A stretch of DNA of 64,000 nt, taken from assembly GCA_030704615.1 (NCBI GenBank), contig CM060731.1:58652001-58716000 (forward strand), read 5' to 3'. The notes beneath the pieces are model-generated. The model did not search any database, was not told the DNA's origin, and was given only the letters and a program-made list of their open reading frames with translations. Positions 25,917 to 38,768 of the stretch are shown one piece after another. A program made the translations under genes and the position numbers. Every line of letters starts with the position of its first letter. The stretch's first letter is position 1. Source of the DNA: Takakia lepidozioides (Eukaryota > Plantae > Bryophyta).

Positions 25917-26586
25917 CTTGGGTGAGGTTTGGTGAGTGATCCCCTCTAGTAAATATTCTAAGCAGATGTGATGTATGGTTGTTAGGACAATCAAACAAGG
26001 TAATCTACATAGATTCAAATATACGGATATAATATGTTTTAAATAAAGAAAAATAAATACTGAATGTAAGCAAAATATTAAATAAAAAGTAACAAAGCGT
26101 TGCTCAAGGAATCATGATATTTAATAAGATTTTTTTTAAATAAAATCAATAATAATAATAATAATAATAAATATTAATTAAAGAGTCGTAAGTCAATACT
26201 TGAAGAACTTCAAATAAAAATATTTTTAATCAAAGTAGAAATAAATTCTAAACTCCGGAATATATGTACATAACAAAAAAACTTAGACGGTGCAACATCA
26301 ATGCATTTATAGTAAATGTTTGTCAAGTTATTTCTTTTAGAAAGATTCAACTTGACTCTTCAGTAGGTTGGTAGGCAAAACCACATAGGGTTGAACGCCG
26401 AACCCACTACATGCGCGGTCACCATGACGTAATCTCTTATATATGAGAGAGCTAGTTGAGAGATCTTACTCTGTAGAATCCCAGTCAGCTTTTCAAGTCG
26501 AAATCCAAGTTATGGCGTAGCTTGAACGTAGATCTTGAAATCGTCGTGATCATACGAAATTGTGACATAACTAGGAGACACTTAGA

Positions 26587-29403
26587 ATGGATTTGGTCTC
26601 TAGCATGCATGGTCTTCAATTATTTCCAAAGCTTCTGCTCGCAGTAGTAGCTGCGGTTGTGCTCAATCAAATCTTTAAGCTGTTTCGTGATCGAAATGTG
26701 AATAAGATACCAAGGTCGTTTCCAAGCTTGCCTATACTAGGAGACCTCCCTTTTTTGGGCAATGCCCCTCATGTGGCACTCTCCAAATTAGCTCATAAAT
26801 ATGGAGATATCATGCAAGTGAGATTTGGATTGAGGTCTGTACTCATAATTTCTTCTCCAGCGATGGCACAAGAGGTTCTTAAAACCCACGACCAGATCTT
26901 TGCATCTCGACCTGAACTAGCTGGTGGAGACATTACATTCTATAAGAGAAAAGACATGGGTTGTGCCCCTTATGGACAGCATTGGCGATTTTTACGCAAA
27001 TTGTGCATGCTAGAACTTTTCACTGCCAAAAGAATCCAAGCATTCAAGAACATCCGGGATGAGGAGGTGTCTTCTTTGGTGCAGGGCATTTTCGAGGAAT
27101 CACAGGTTAGAACTTGAAATTTGATCATTGGTGTAGCAATACTTGACAGGTTTATATCAGTTCTAACTCTTGCTTGATCAGTTCCTATGGTCTCATCTAT
27201 AGAGTATGCAAGTAGATACATTATTTACGTACATATCCTCTAATAATGTTGTGAATCTAGATAATATACTTTATTGTATCTAAGCTTGAACTATACTTGA
27301 GCCATATGAAACCTTATTGTCATATGAAAAACCTTTTGAGAAGTTAAATCTATCCACAAAATTAGAAATAGAGAGAAGATAGATTCATGTGTTTGAGAGT
27401 TAGTGGAGGCCGGTCGACCATGGTCAAGCTTATCTTCATATAACCCAAGTTCTCCAGATTGGAGACTAAATCTATCACCGAGGAATATTGGCTAGTACAT
27501 TCGAGATAGATATATGTATTAGTCCTAAATTGACCTGGTTTAGGGGTCCATGCAGAATATAAAATCTGTGGATATGCAAAAAAGATTGAGCGATATGACA
27601 ATGAATACCATCACTCGCATTGTGCTTGGGAAAAAATGGTTTGGAGTAGAGACAACTACCGAGGAAGGACAAGAGTTTGGGAGCCTCATTGTAGAACTTT
27701 TTCACGTCACTGGTTCTTTAAACCTTGGTGACTACATTCCATTCCTAAAGCCTTTCGACTTGCAAGGTTATGAAGCCCGCATGAAAAAAGTTGCTGCAAG
27801 AATGGATTGCTTCTTTAATGTGATGATTCAGGATCATCGGAAAGAGGGAAGAAAGAATTCAAACGCCCAGAAAGACCTTGTAGATGTATTGTTGTCAGTT
27901 GCTGATGAGGAGGGTGCGGAATATAGGCTTGACGACACTTCTATTAAAGGACTCATGCTTGTAAGTATATTCATCTCCTCCACATGTATTCATATCTTTT
28001 CTTTGAATATAAGTTGTTCAAATGGTGAGTTCATGATATGTTGTAAGTTTCTTAAAATTGTTTAAAAGTTGGTCATTATCTATTCAACCTCTTGATTGGA
28101 AACCTAGTTCATCGAGAAAGTGCACATGCAATTTTCAAGCATATAGCAACCATATTCTACCTCATGATGTCCCCTCGTGACAAAATGAATATATGTAGTT
28201 ATGTAGATAGGATGAATCATATAATACCCAAATCAACAAACCTAGATATAAATTGATGACGTGCCAAACCGTATAAAAGCCATGTCCCCTCTGTGCCTTC
28301 CAGCCTCATTAGAACAAGGTTATACAAAGTTGAAGGCCACAAGTGATATTGCTCTTTAGGTACTTTTATTTTATTTTTACAAAAAATAAAGTACATTCCA
28401 TTTGTGACCAAGCACTGCAAGGGTAAGATGGTTAGTCATTCTTTTTTGGGTAAGTTTATTATTGGCCTATCATATTGCACCCAACCTAAAAATGATTTGA
28501 TACCTTCCAAAACCGTAGCGGTATATGTGTGAAACCATACATGGGTCATGTACCACAATCATTGAGGGCTTCTACAATCTGCAATTACAACGCTCTCGGC
28601 TAAAGCCTGTAATCCTACCGAGAAAATTCCTATATGGAAGCCCCTAGCTGATGCGAACAAAACCAAAAATTCAACAAGTCTTTGCAATGACTGAGACAGC
28701 TCGTCAATTGTTAAATGCACACGTAGACTGGTTCGAAGTACTGGAGATGATTGTCTTATCATGTCAGTTCTTGATGCAGGATATTATTGCGGGGGGCACT
28801 GACACATCAGCAATAAGCATAGAATGGGCGCTCACACATCTCTTGCGACATCCCAATGCAATGAAGAAAGTTCAAAAAGAATTGGATGATGTGATTGGGT
28901 GTGATAGGTTGGTGGATGAAGCCGACATCCCTAGACTCCCTTACCTTCAGGCAGTTGTGAAGGAGACCTTACGCATGAACCCTCCAGGTCCTCTCATGCC
29001 GCATCAGAGCATTAAATCTTGTCAAATAGCAGGTTACCATATTCCTGCAAAGACACTCGCGATAGTAAATGTATGGGCTATTCATCACAACACATCTGCT
29101 TGGCACAAGCCTCATGAATTCATTCCAGAGAGATTTGACAACAGTAATATGGATGTGAAAGGCCAAGATTTTGAGCTCTTGCCATTTGGATCAGGGCGAC
29201 GAGGTTGCCCAGGCTTGCCTCTGGGTCTAATTATGGCTCAAAGGGGTCTGGCTCAACTGCTCCAAAGCTTTACATTCAAGCTTCTAGAAGGCCAACATCC
29301 CGAAGACTTGGATATGAGCGAGGTCTTTGGGCTCACAATTCGAAAAGCTGTTCCATTGCAAGTTGTCGTGAAAGCTCGCTTGCCTCATCACCTGTATACT
29401 TAA
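26587..29403 (+). CDS. Cytochrome P450, CYP71 clan (CYP-B); exons 26587-27105, 27556-27960, 28780-29403; ~515 aa
   Basis: N-terminal anchor, PILGDL, WR.LRK, AGGTDT I-helix, KETLR, PERF, FGSGRRGCPG; phase-0 GT-AG introns (alternative in-frame acceptor at 27543). Confidence 0.93.
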
Positions 29404-29691
29404 TTACTTGGTATTAAAACACGTGGTTTATATCTTTTGATATCTACTAATAGCTAGTTTGATAGCTACTTATAATAGCTGATGTGGAACATTCACGTAC
29501 AACTGTTAATGAAGAGTTGTCTCTTCACATGTATTGTGTTTTTTACAAACTTTAACTACACAAACTTTATGATTCAAATCAATGAACTCATGAAATCTTG
29601 TGCATGCATATCATGCGATCATCATGCTCCACGACACCACATTTCGTTCAGCAAACTTGTCGAACACTCCCTTTGCTTATTCAATCTCCAA

Positions 29692-29962
29692 AATTGGGTG
29701 TCCACCAGGGCTTGAGTGTTCAGAATGACATATGGTATAGTGCCAGCTTTGACGATGTCACCTACAATGACCTCTACGCCTTTTTCCAGGTATGCCAGGG
29801 TCGCACACACATTGCAAACGCAAACAAATGTGGGGCATTTGGGCTTCACCCATTCCCGCATCATTTGCTCATATGTCTCCAAGGCATTCTCACCATACCC
29901 ATGCTTGGTAGATCCTGCCAGCATTATATTCCTTGTGATCAAACATCATTGAGGTATTATGT
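29692..29962 (-). pseudogene. PLS-class PPR gene fragment (duplicate)
   Basis: Inverted copy of 5815-6085. Confidence 0.7.
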
Positions 29963-29983
29963 TAACGCTTGGTGAGTATCCAC

Positions 29984-30628
29984 GAGTGTTGGTCTGGTAT
30001 GGTATTTTGGAGATACCATGAGGGTCCTGGTAGTATACAAATTTAGATGTCCCAAACGAGGGTATGCAATATATATTAAAAAAAATCCCCAATTTTGGTA
30101 TTTGTAGGGTATCAATAATGCCAGCATTTCACATTTGCAAACCTAGTATCACCAATGGTATGAAAACTTTGATACCTGCTGATATCAACTTCGGGTAAAG
30201 TATAATAAAAAATAACATTTCAAAAGGAAGAGCACACACTGATTGTAGCATGCAAATTCACATAATATAGAAGCAGGGAGAAAAGTAATTGTACTGAATG
30301 AGCGATCCCCTCCGCAGCCAATACCAAAGCCAAGAATCTCACCAAATCTGCCACCATCTCTACACTACGACCTCCACATTGATACTTGAACAATGATACC
30401 AGCAACCAAGTTCAAACGACAAAACATGTAACAACAACAACAACAACAACTGGTGAGCCGAGACCAGTCGGCTAGGGTAGATCGCCCTCCCCGAAACCCT
30501 AATCATACCCTACAGGTAAGTTACTCTACGAATTTCCGACCTATCCGGAACCGTCTGGTAGGGGCTTCCATACCCCGGTGCATAACCGGGTTGATACTCG
30601 AGTTTTTGTACATACCAGACCAACATTG
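29984..30628. mobile_element. hAT-like MITE (duplicate of 5156-5793)
   Basis: Same TIRs; TSD gtatccac/gtatctac. Confidence 0.85.
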
Positions 30629-31564
30629 GTATCTACGATGCTCTTACACTTAACATACACATGTATAAGTAATGTGTAGAAAACATTCAAGGCCTCAATT
30701 CACTTTGGATAATGTAAGCGCTTTAAGCCTTTCATCTTGATACACTTCTACAAGAGACATACATACATTGGTTCGATATTTGCAGAGCCTTTTTGAGTTG
30801 TCCTACCTCATATATATTGTCCTTACGTAACCAGAAGCACCAGAAAAAATATTCCCTCTCTTCATGGGTAGTTGTAGGAAGCAGCAGTGGCACCAGTACA
30901 GTTAATGAAATCAGGCATGCACCTCCACCAATTAGGTCTGGATGAGTTATTTTCTTACGGGTTTGCTTTGTATAAGTCTTGCACGAATTGCCCAAATAAA
31001 TAAAGAAAAATGTAATGTTGAAAGTTAAAATCTGAAAAATGTGCATGCATGAATTCTTTGTTTATAAAATAATAATATAAAAATTAATATAGAAACATCA
31101 TTTTCTTTGTAGATATTGAGTCAGTCAATGATAACCTATGTTAGATGCTAGATTAATAGTATTATGGTGTTGGGGGACGAAACAAATGCGAAATAGACTT
31201 GGGTGAGGTTTGATGAGTGATTCTCTCAAGTAAATATCCTAAGTAGATGTGATATGTGGCAATTGTTACGACAATGAACAAGGTGATTTACAAAGAGTTT
31301 ACAAAGATATAAAGAGATGGATATAGTATGTTTTAAATCTAAATAAATAAATATTGAATATAAAAATAAATTAAAAAATAACAAAGCATTGTGCAAGAAA
31401 TCGTGATATATAATTATTTTAAAAAATATATAAAAAATAGTTTAATTAGAGAGTCACAACTTGAAGAACAACGACTAAAAATATTTATAATCAAAATAGA
31501 AACAAACTTTCCGAATATATATATATATAACAAAGAAACTTAGACAAAATGGCGCACCAAGTAA

Positions 31565-34073
31565 TTAAGTATACAAGTGATGAGGCAAACGAGATTTCAC
31601 GACAACTTGCAATGGAACAGCTTTGCGAGTTGTAAGGCCAAAGACCTCGCTCATATCTAAGTCTTCGGGATGTTGGCCTTTTGGAAGCTTGAATGTAAAG
31701 CTTTGGAGTAGTTGAGCCAAACCCCTTTGAGCCATAATCAGACCCAAAGGCAAGCCCGGGCAACCTCGTCGCCCTGATCCAAATGGCAAGAGCTCAAAAT
31801 CTTGGCCTTTCACATCCATATTACTGTTGTCAAATCTCTCTGGATTGAATTCATGAGGCTTGTGCCAAGCAGATGTGTTGTGATGAATAGCCCATACATT
31901 TACCATCGTCAGTGTCTTCGGAGGAATATAATAGCCTGCTATTTGACAAGCTTTATTGCTCTGATGCGGCAGGAAAGGAGCTGGAGGGCTGATGCGTAGG
32001 GTCTCCTTCACAACAGCCTGAAGATAAGAGAGCCGAGGAATGTCGGCTTCATCCACCAACCTATCACACCCAATCACGTCATCCAATTCTTCTTGAACTT
32101 TCTTCATTGCATTGGGATGTCGCAAGAGATGTGTGAGCGCCCATTCTATGGTTGTTGCTGGTGGGTCAGTGGCCCCCACAATAATATCCTGCATCAAACA
32201 TCGACACGATGAGACAAATCATCTCAAGTATTTCTAACCAATACTTTGAAGCAGTCTACGTGTGCATTTAACAGTTGACGAGCTCTCTGAGTCATTGTAA
32301 AGACTTGTTGAGTTTTTTGGCTTTGTTAGCATCAGCTAGGGCTTCCAGATATGAATTCTTCCGGTAGGATTACAGGTTTTTGTCGAGATCGTTGTAATTG
32401 CAGATTGTAGAAGCCCTCAATGATTGTGGTACATGACCCATTTATGGTGCACACATGTACTGCTACGATTTTGGAAGGTATCAAATTGTTTTGTATAACT
32501 TTGTCCTAATGAGGCTGCAAGGCACAGAAGGGACATGGCCTGCATACGGTTTGGCATGTCCTCATTTTCACCTAATGGTGGGTCGTATGAATCTATGTTT
32601 GCTGATTTCGGTATTATATGATTTATCCTATCTACATAACTAAATATATTCATTTTGTCACGAGGTCACATCATGAGGTAGAAAATGGTTGTTATATGCT
32701 TGAGAATTACACATGTGCACTTTCTCGATGAACTAGGTTTCAAGCAAGAGGCTGAATGGATAATGGCCAATCTTTAAACAACTTGCAACACATGAACTCA
32801 CCATTTGAACAACTTATATGCAAAGAAAAGATATGAATACGTGTGGAGGAGATGAATATACTTACAAGCATGAGTCCTTTAATAGAAGAATCGTCAAGCC
32901 TATATTCCGCACCCAGCTCCTTATCAGCAAGTGACAACAATACATCTACAAGGTCTTTTTGGGCGTTTGAATTTTTTCTTTCCTCTTTCCGATGATCCTG
33001 AATCATCACACTTAAGAAGCGATCCATTCTTGTAGCAACTTTTTTCATGCGGGCTTCATAACCTTGTAGATCAAAAGGCTTTAGGAATGGAATATAGTCA
33101 CCAAGGTTTAAAGAACCAATGATGTGAAAAAGTTCTACGATTAGGCTCCCAAACTCTTCACCTTCCTCGGTAGTCATCTCTACTCCAAACCATTTTTTCC
33201 CAAGCACCATGCGAGTGATGGTATTCATTGTCATATCGCTCAATTTTTTTTGCATATCCATAGATTTTGTATTCTGCATGGACTCCTAAACCAGGTCAAT
33301 TTAGGACTAATACATGTATCTATCTCAAATGCACTAGCCAATATTCCTCGGTGATAGAATTTAGAATTTAGAATTTAGTCTCCAATTTAGTCTCTAGACT
33401 TACAACATTAATGACGGATATATACGTAAATATTGTATGTACTTGTATACTCTATAGATGAGACCGTATGAATTGATCAAACAAGAGTTATTAATTGCGA
33501 TCTAAACCAATCAAATACTGCTACAACAATGATCAAATTTCAAGTTCTAACCTGCGATTCCTCGAAAATGCTATGCACCAAAGAAGATACCTCCTCGTCC
33601 CGGATGTTCTTGAATGTCTGGATTCTATTAATAGTGAAAAGCTCTAGCATGCACAATTTGCGTAAAAGTCGCCATTGTTGTCCGTAAGGGGCACAAGCCA
33701 TGTCTTTTCTTTTATAGAATGTAATGTCTCCACCAGCTAGCTGATCAGGTCGAGATGCGAAGATCTGGTCGTGGGTTTTAAGAACCTCTTGTGCCGCCGA
33801 TGGGGAAGAAATCACGAGTACATACCTCAATCCAAATCTCACTTGCATGATATCTCCATATTTATGAGCTAATTTGGAGAGTGCCACATGAGGGGCGTTA
33901 CCCAGAAAAGGGAGGTCTCCTAGTATAGGCAAGCTTGGAAATGACCTTGGTATCTTATTCACATTTCGATCACGAAACAGCTTAAAGATTTGATTGAGCA
34001 CAACCGCAGCTACTACTGCGAGCACAATCTTTGGAAACAATTGAAGACCAAACATGCTAGAGACCAAATCCAT
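31565..34073 (-). CDS. Cytochrome P450, CYP71 clan (CYP-A); exons 33552-34073, 32866-33273, 31565-32188; ~517 aa
   Basis: Complete spliced frame with all P450 motifs; atypical I-helix VGATDPP. Confidence 0.92.
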
Positions 34074-34524
34074 TTTAAGTGTCTTCTAGTCACAATTTGG
34101 TATGACCACGACTATTTCAAGATCTACGTTCGAGCTACATAACTTGGATGTCGACTTGAAGAGATTCTTAATGTTGTAGAATTGGATCTTTCAGCTAACT
34201 CTCTCATTATATAAGAAATTACGCCATGGTGACCGCGCATATAGTGGGTCCGACGTTTAAACCTAGGTGGTTTTGCCTACCAACCTACTCAAGAGTCAAG
34301 CATAATCTTTCTAAAAGAAATAACTTGACAAACATTTATTATAAATGCATTGATACACTTATACAACAGATTACGGTTTTCATGACTGCCATGTTTTTTT
34401 TTTGTTGGTCGTGGCATATTTGTCTACAAAATTTCATATGCAGACGTGAATGACATTATAGCTGACATGTACATTGAGGTAAGTCATCTCCCCGACCATA
34501 TGACTCCGTACTCTAGCTGGTGCC

Positions 34525-34780
34525 GTTGGCCCAAGTGTCCACTGTCATCTAAGCCCAAGTGCAATCTTCTATTCATGTATATTCCAAGTGCATCTCCCAT
34601 GTAGAGCCCCAATTGTCCACTATCATCGAAGCCCAAGTCCAATCTCCTATGTATCCAGTGCAATTTCCTATGTATCCAAGTGCGTCTCCTATGTCGAGGC
34701 CCAAGTGCAACCTCTAGGCCCTACGGTAGCCTGTGTCGATGGCCCAAGTGTCCAATGTCATCTAAGTCCAAGTGCATCAA
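34525..34780. repeat. Degenerate short tandem repeats (cccaagtg core)
   Basis: ggcccaagtgtcca.tgtcatctaag.ccaagtgca at ~34528 and 34741, plus partial copies. Confidence 0.7.
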
Positions 34781-34806
34781 TATATTAAGCAAGCCATATC
34801 TAATCA

Positions 34807-34887
34807 TTTTTTTTTTCCCACAGAGCTTACGACCAGATTCGAACCGGAGACCTTTCCAACAGCAAAGGTGGCGGACGCAACACTTGA
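34807..34887 (-). mobile_element. tRNA-derived SINE remnant
   Basis: Minus strand has B-box-like ggttcgaatc followed by an A10 tail; the 5' part abuts the LINE. Confidence 0.55.
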
Positions 34888-37800
34888 TTGCTCCCTTTAG
34901 ACCTATACCACCCATATATGTCCTATCACCTCAATCCAAAATTCTATCCCCACTCCCCCAAAGGAACATAGCCGGTTTTCAAAAAAACTTTCAACCAACA
35001 TCCTCACACCTTATGCTAAAACTATCAAACATACTCACAGATACAAACCTCACGCAATCCCCAGATCAAACCTGGACCAAATCCGAGATCATACTCACAA
35101 CCTTAATGCAAGAAATGACCAAAAATGTCATTGCCAACACACCCCCCCCCCCCCCCCGAGATTCCGCAAACTGCACGATGAAAACAAAATGGGGGCTACC
35201 TTACTCGCACATAAAAATGTTCATGGACATCACACCTTAATACATACCACACGATTAGACGCGCCCTCACTATTATACCTACCACCACATCCGTACACCC
35301 AAAGAATAATTGGGCAACGGATTCCCGTATCACCTGCCTAAACACCCTACCCCCATGCCAAGCCCTTATGCCCCGACTTGACAACCCCCATAACATTCAT
35401 AACTGGATAGCCGCTCTCTCCAAGATTGGAAGAGACGCTAAGAAAGCCGCTTACAATATCACTAAACAAAAAGCTACAGACAACCACAAAAAGTTCGTTG
35501 CCTCTTTTAACCAGTTGCTACACGACCACCCCAAAAAAGCTCACAAAGTCATCTTCAACCCTGCCCTCAACCCACCCATCGATTGTCTCAGACACCAGCT
35601 GGGCCACTTGCTAACCAACCCATTGGACATCAACCAAGAAATATGGTCACAAGCATCCTCAACCTACACACCCACAGTTACAAACTGTTTACATCCAAAT
35701 CTTCACACTGCCAACTGCATATATAAAGTTAAATACTACCCATGGCACGACATAGATGGCTTCTCAATAGACAATAGGAGATCTCCAACAGATCGCATCC
35801 TAGACCTATTCACAGTTGATTTATACGAATCCTGTCTTTAAAAACTATCTAAATCTAAAGCCCCAGGCCCGGATCTTATCCCAAATGCCATACTTCAAGC
35901 ATTGGACCCTCAACTCCATCACCTCATATACAAATTTTTTCAATTATGTTACAAACTACAACGTATACCACACTCTTGGAAACACAATCGCTCCATTTTA
36001 CTCTTTAAAAAATGCGACCCTCCGGACCTCAGCAACTACAGACCTATTGCATTGGCCAACACCATATACAAATTATTCACCAGTACGCTCACCACAATGC
36101 TCTCAAACTATTGCGAAGAACACCAAATTCTCAGCGACCCTCAAGAAGGATTTCGCGCCACACGCAGTACATCTCGACAAATCCAATATGTTCTATCCGG
36201 CCTCAAAGACGCTAAACTTACCAAGCAATATGCATGTTATACTGGACACTACCCGCAGTAATAGGTCCTCTAAGCCGAATAGATGTCCGCGGTTATAGGT
36301 GAGCACATCCGGAAGCGTGAGCAGAATTCTGCTCACAAATTCTGCTCAGGGTTTAGCAATCCCCCGAAACAAGACTTTGCTACCAAAATATATTGGGTGG
36401 TTGATCGATACCTCAAGGACACCCCTCCCAAGAAACCAAGATCCCTCGCCAGACTCGAAACGACATGTGCACATCAAACAATACCACAAGATATTCTTGC
36501 CTTACTTATCAACACCTTTCAGCTCACTCACTCGTAAGTACTATTCCAGCTCACTGACATGCCCGATGGAACTGAACACATTTTCCAGTCCACATCATCG
36601 AGAGTATATTTTTGGAGCCACAGTCAGTGCTACTCAGCACATCCGGGAAGGCAGGGGCTCCCCCCCCCCCCCGGGCCCCTTTCTCACGAAGCCCTCCACT
36701 GGGCACGATTTGCAGCTCACTCGTCCCCCTCCACCCCCACAATCCTCATCCTCACACAGCAAAACACACCCATTACCTCCCACCCTTTACTACGCCTCCC
36801 GGTAGGGGTCAACCTACTAGCCACAATTGATCCAAATCAACTTAAATATACTCATACCCCCCCTCTCCCCAAATACCTTAGACGGAAAGAACCTACCCTA
36901 ACCCTGATCCTACACGTTCAGCACCCCCTACATACAGACATACCGACACTCTTCTGTCACCAACTCGAGTAGCTATTAACCATAACTCATAAAATGAAGG
37001 CCACCATCCACTTCCCATATACACCCCTCCACACCTATGCAACCACACCCTTCCGGATCAAGCCTGGGGCATAGCGCAACCGCGCCCTTTCCAAGTAACA
37101 CAAACAACACCCCCTCCCCCCCTTCCTTCAATATATCGACAAAACACCACCCTCAAATATCCCCCAACAAACTCACATTACACTGATGGATCCCTTACCA
37201 AGCATACTGCATGATATGGAATTTACCATGTCGGCAACGGTCAAGGGGTTGCCCTCCGGCTCCCTGACCCTGCCACCATACGAGCGGAACTCATGGCCAT
37301 CCACGACGCCCTCTCCCTGCTCGACGCCCTCCCCCCCCCCCCCATATTATATCTTCACTTACAGCCTCACCTCCCTATATCTTATCTATAACCACGTCTC
37401 CCGCCCCTCTTCCCAGCATCATCACCCCAACCGTAACCTTATTGCTGCCATTGCTCAGAAAGCCACCTCTATAAACCACCCAGTACATCTGCTCAAAGTC
37501 CACTCACATACTGGTATTCATGCAATGAGGAAGCAGACTTACTCGCTCAACTTGGTGCTTCCCAACCCCCAGTAATATCAACAAATGATCATATCCACAT
37601 CGCACACACCCACCCCTTCTGGTTCATACATCCAGTCCCAGACCCCCCTGCACCTAGACCAGTCCGCAACCTTTTGACCACTTTGACCAAAGAAACAAAC
37701 AAACAAGCTGCCGCCTCCATCGGCCATACCAAAGTACACATACAAAAATGGACTCAATCCGATATACTGCACCATAAACTTTCTAACCACTTCTAGCTAA

Positions 37801-38762
37801 CCAAAGCCACCACTAACGCACAAATCCGACAAACAGTCAAATTTAGGTATGCCCAATACATGGGCCACCAACGCAAACACATCTTTTGGCCGCACCTATT
37901 CCCATCCCCATACTGCCCGCTATGTTCTACCACCCACCAAGCACGTGACACCTGGCCGCATCTCCTCAGCCAATGTACGCACCCGATCATACATGGCCTA
38001 CATATTACGAGACATAACCAGGCAATATGGCACCTCCATAAGCTTTTAAAAAAACGTGCTGAAACTCGATGGTTCTCTCTCATGAACGCTGGCACCTACC
38101 AAGGCCGGCCACCTGACCACACTGTACCACCATGGCCGCTACCATGCATATGCACTCGAACACCATGTTCTTGCCCAGCTAGGCTATGCCCAGACATACT
38201 CCTAGTACATGGCCTACCCATCAACATTGTGCCCCCCACTTCCCCATCCCCACAACTCACCATCAATTTTATTGATTTCACATTTTGCCATGATCGCTAC
38301 CCAAACGACTCGATTTTAGAAAAACGTCAAAAATATGCCCCGCTCATCCTCGGAATCCGAAGACGGGGCTGGAAAACCGGTCCGCTAACCGTCATTACCG
38401 CCGGTACCCGAGGCGGCATTCATAACGCCAGTATTACTGACATATACAATAATTTTCAAATTCCCATCCTACCCATCCACAAATGCTTCAAAGAAATTCA
38501 TCTCACGGCACTCCGATCACTCACAACTATTATTACCAACAAACGCCAGCTGGAATCCGGCACCTCAAACATCCCATAGGTCTCCTAGGGTCCCCAAGGT
38601 ACCCAGGGGTACCACTATCCCCTCCATTCTCGAACGTCATCAGGTGTCCCACATGACACCCCCCCTCATTATGTAGGGCCCACCCCCAAAAGGGGGCAGT
38701 AGCCGCAAGACGAAGTGGCTCTTAGTTACGCCGACTTCGGCCGGAGTCTTCTCTCTCACTCT
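34888..38762 (+). mobile_element. Dualen/RandI-like non-LTR retrotransposon, 5'-truncated, RT core deleted
   Basis: KAPGPD, NYRPIAL, QEGFR (RT start); HYTDGS..KVHSHTGI (RNase H); CPLC..H..C, TRHN, PDILL..FIDFT..K..KY (RLE); CT-rich tail. Confidence 0.88.
36229..36365. mobile_element. Terminal remnant of a long-TIR DNA element inside the LINE
   Basis: Colinear similarity with 47520-47661 (aataggtc, tccgcg.t..tagg, gtgagca, tagc.atccccc); 20-bp palindrome gtgagcagaattctgctcac. Confidence 0.55.
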
Positions 38763-38768
38763 TTGGAG

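Larger units (their letters stand above)
24570..37206. repeat. Right arm of large inverted segmental duplication
   Basis: Reverse complement of 1-10951. Confidence 0.95.

Noticed and set aside
28651-28779. N-terminal extension of the 250-aa P450 ORF
   Set aside because: Intron 2 sequence before the acceptor at 28779.
34820-34887. tRNA gene
   Set aside because: Only a B-box/T-arm and an A tail; no full cloverleaf, so called a SINE remnant.
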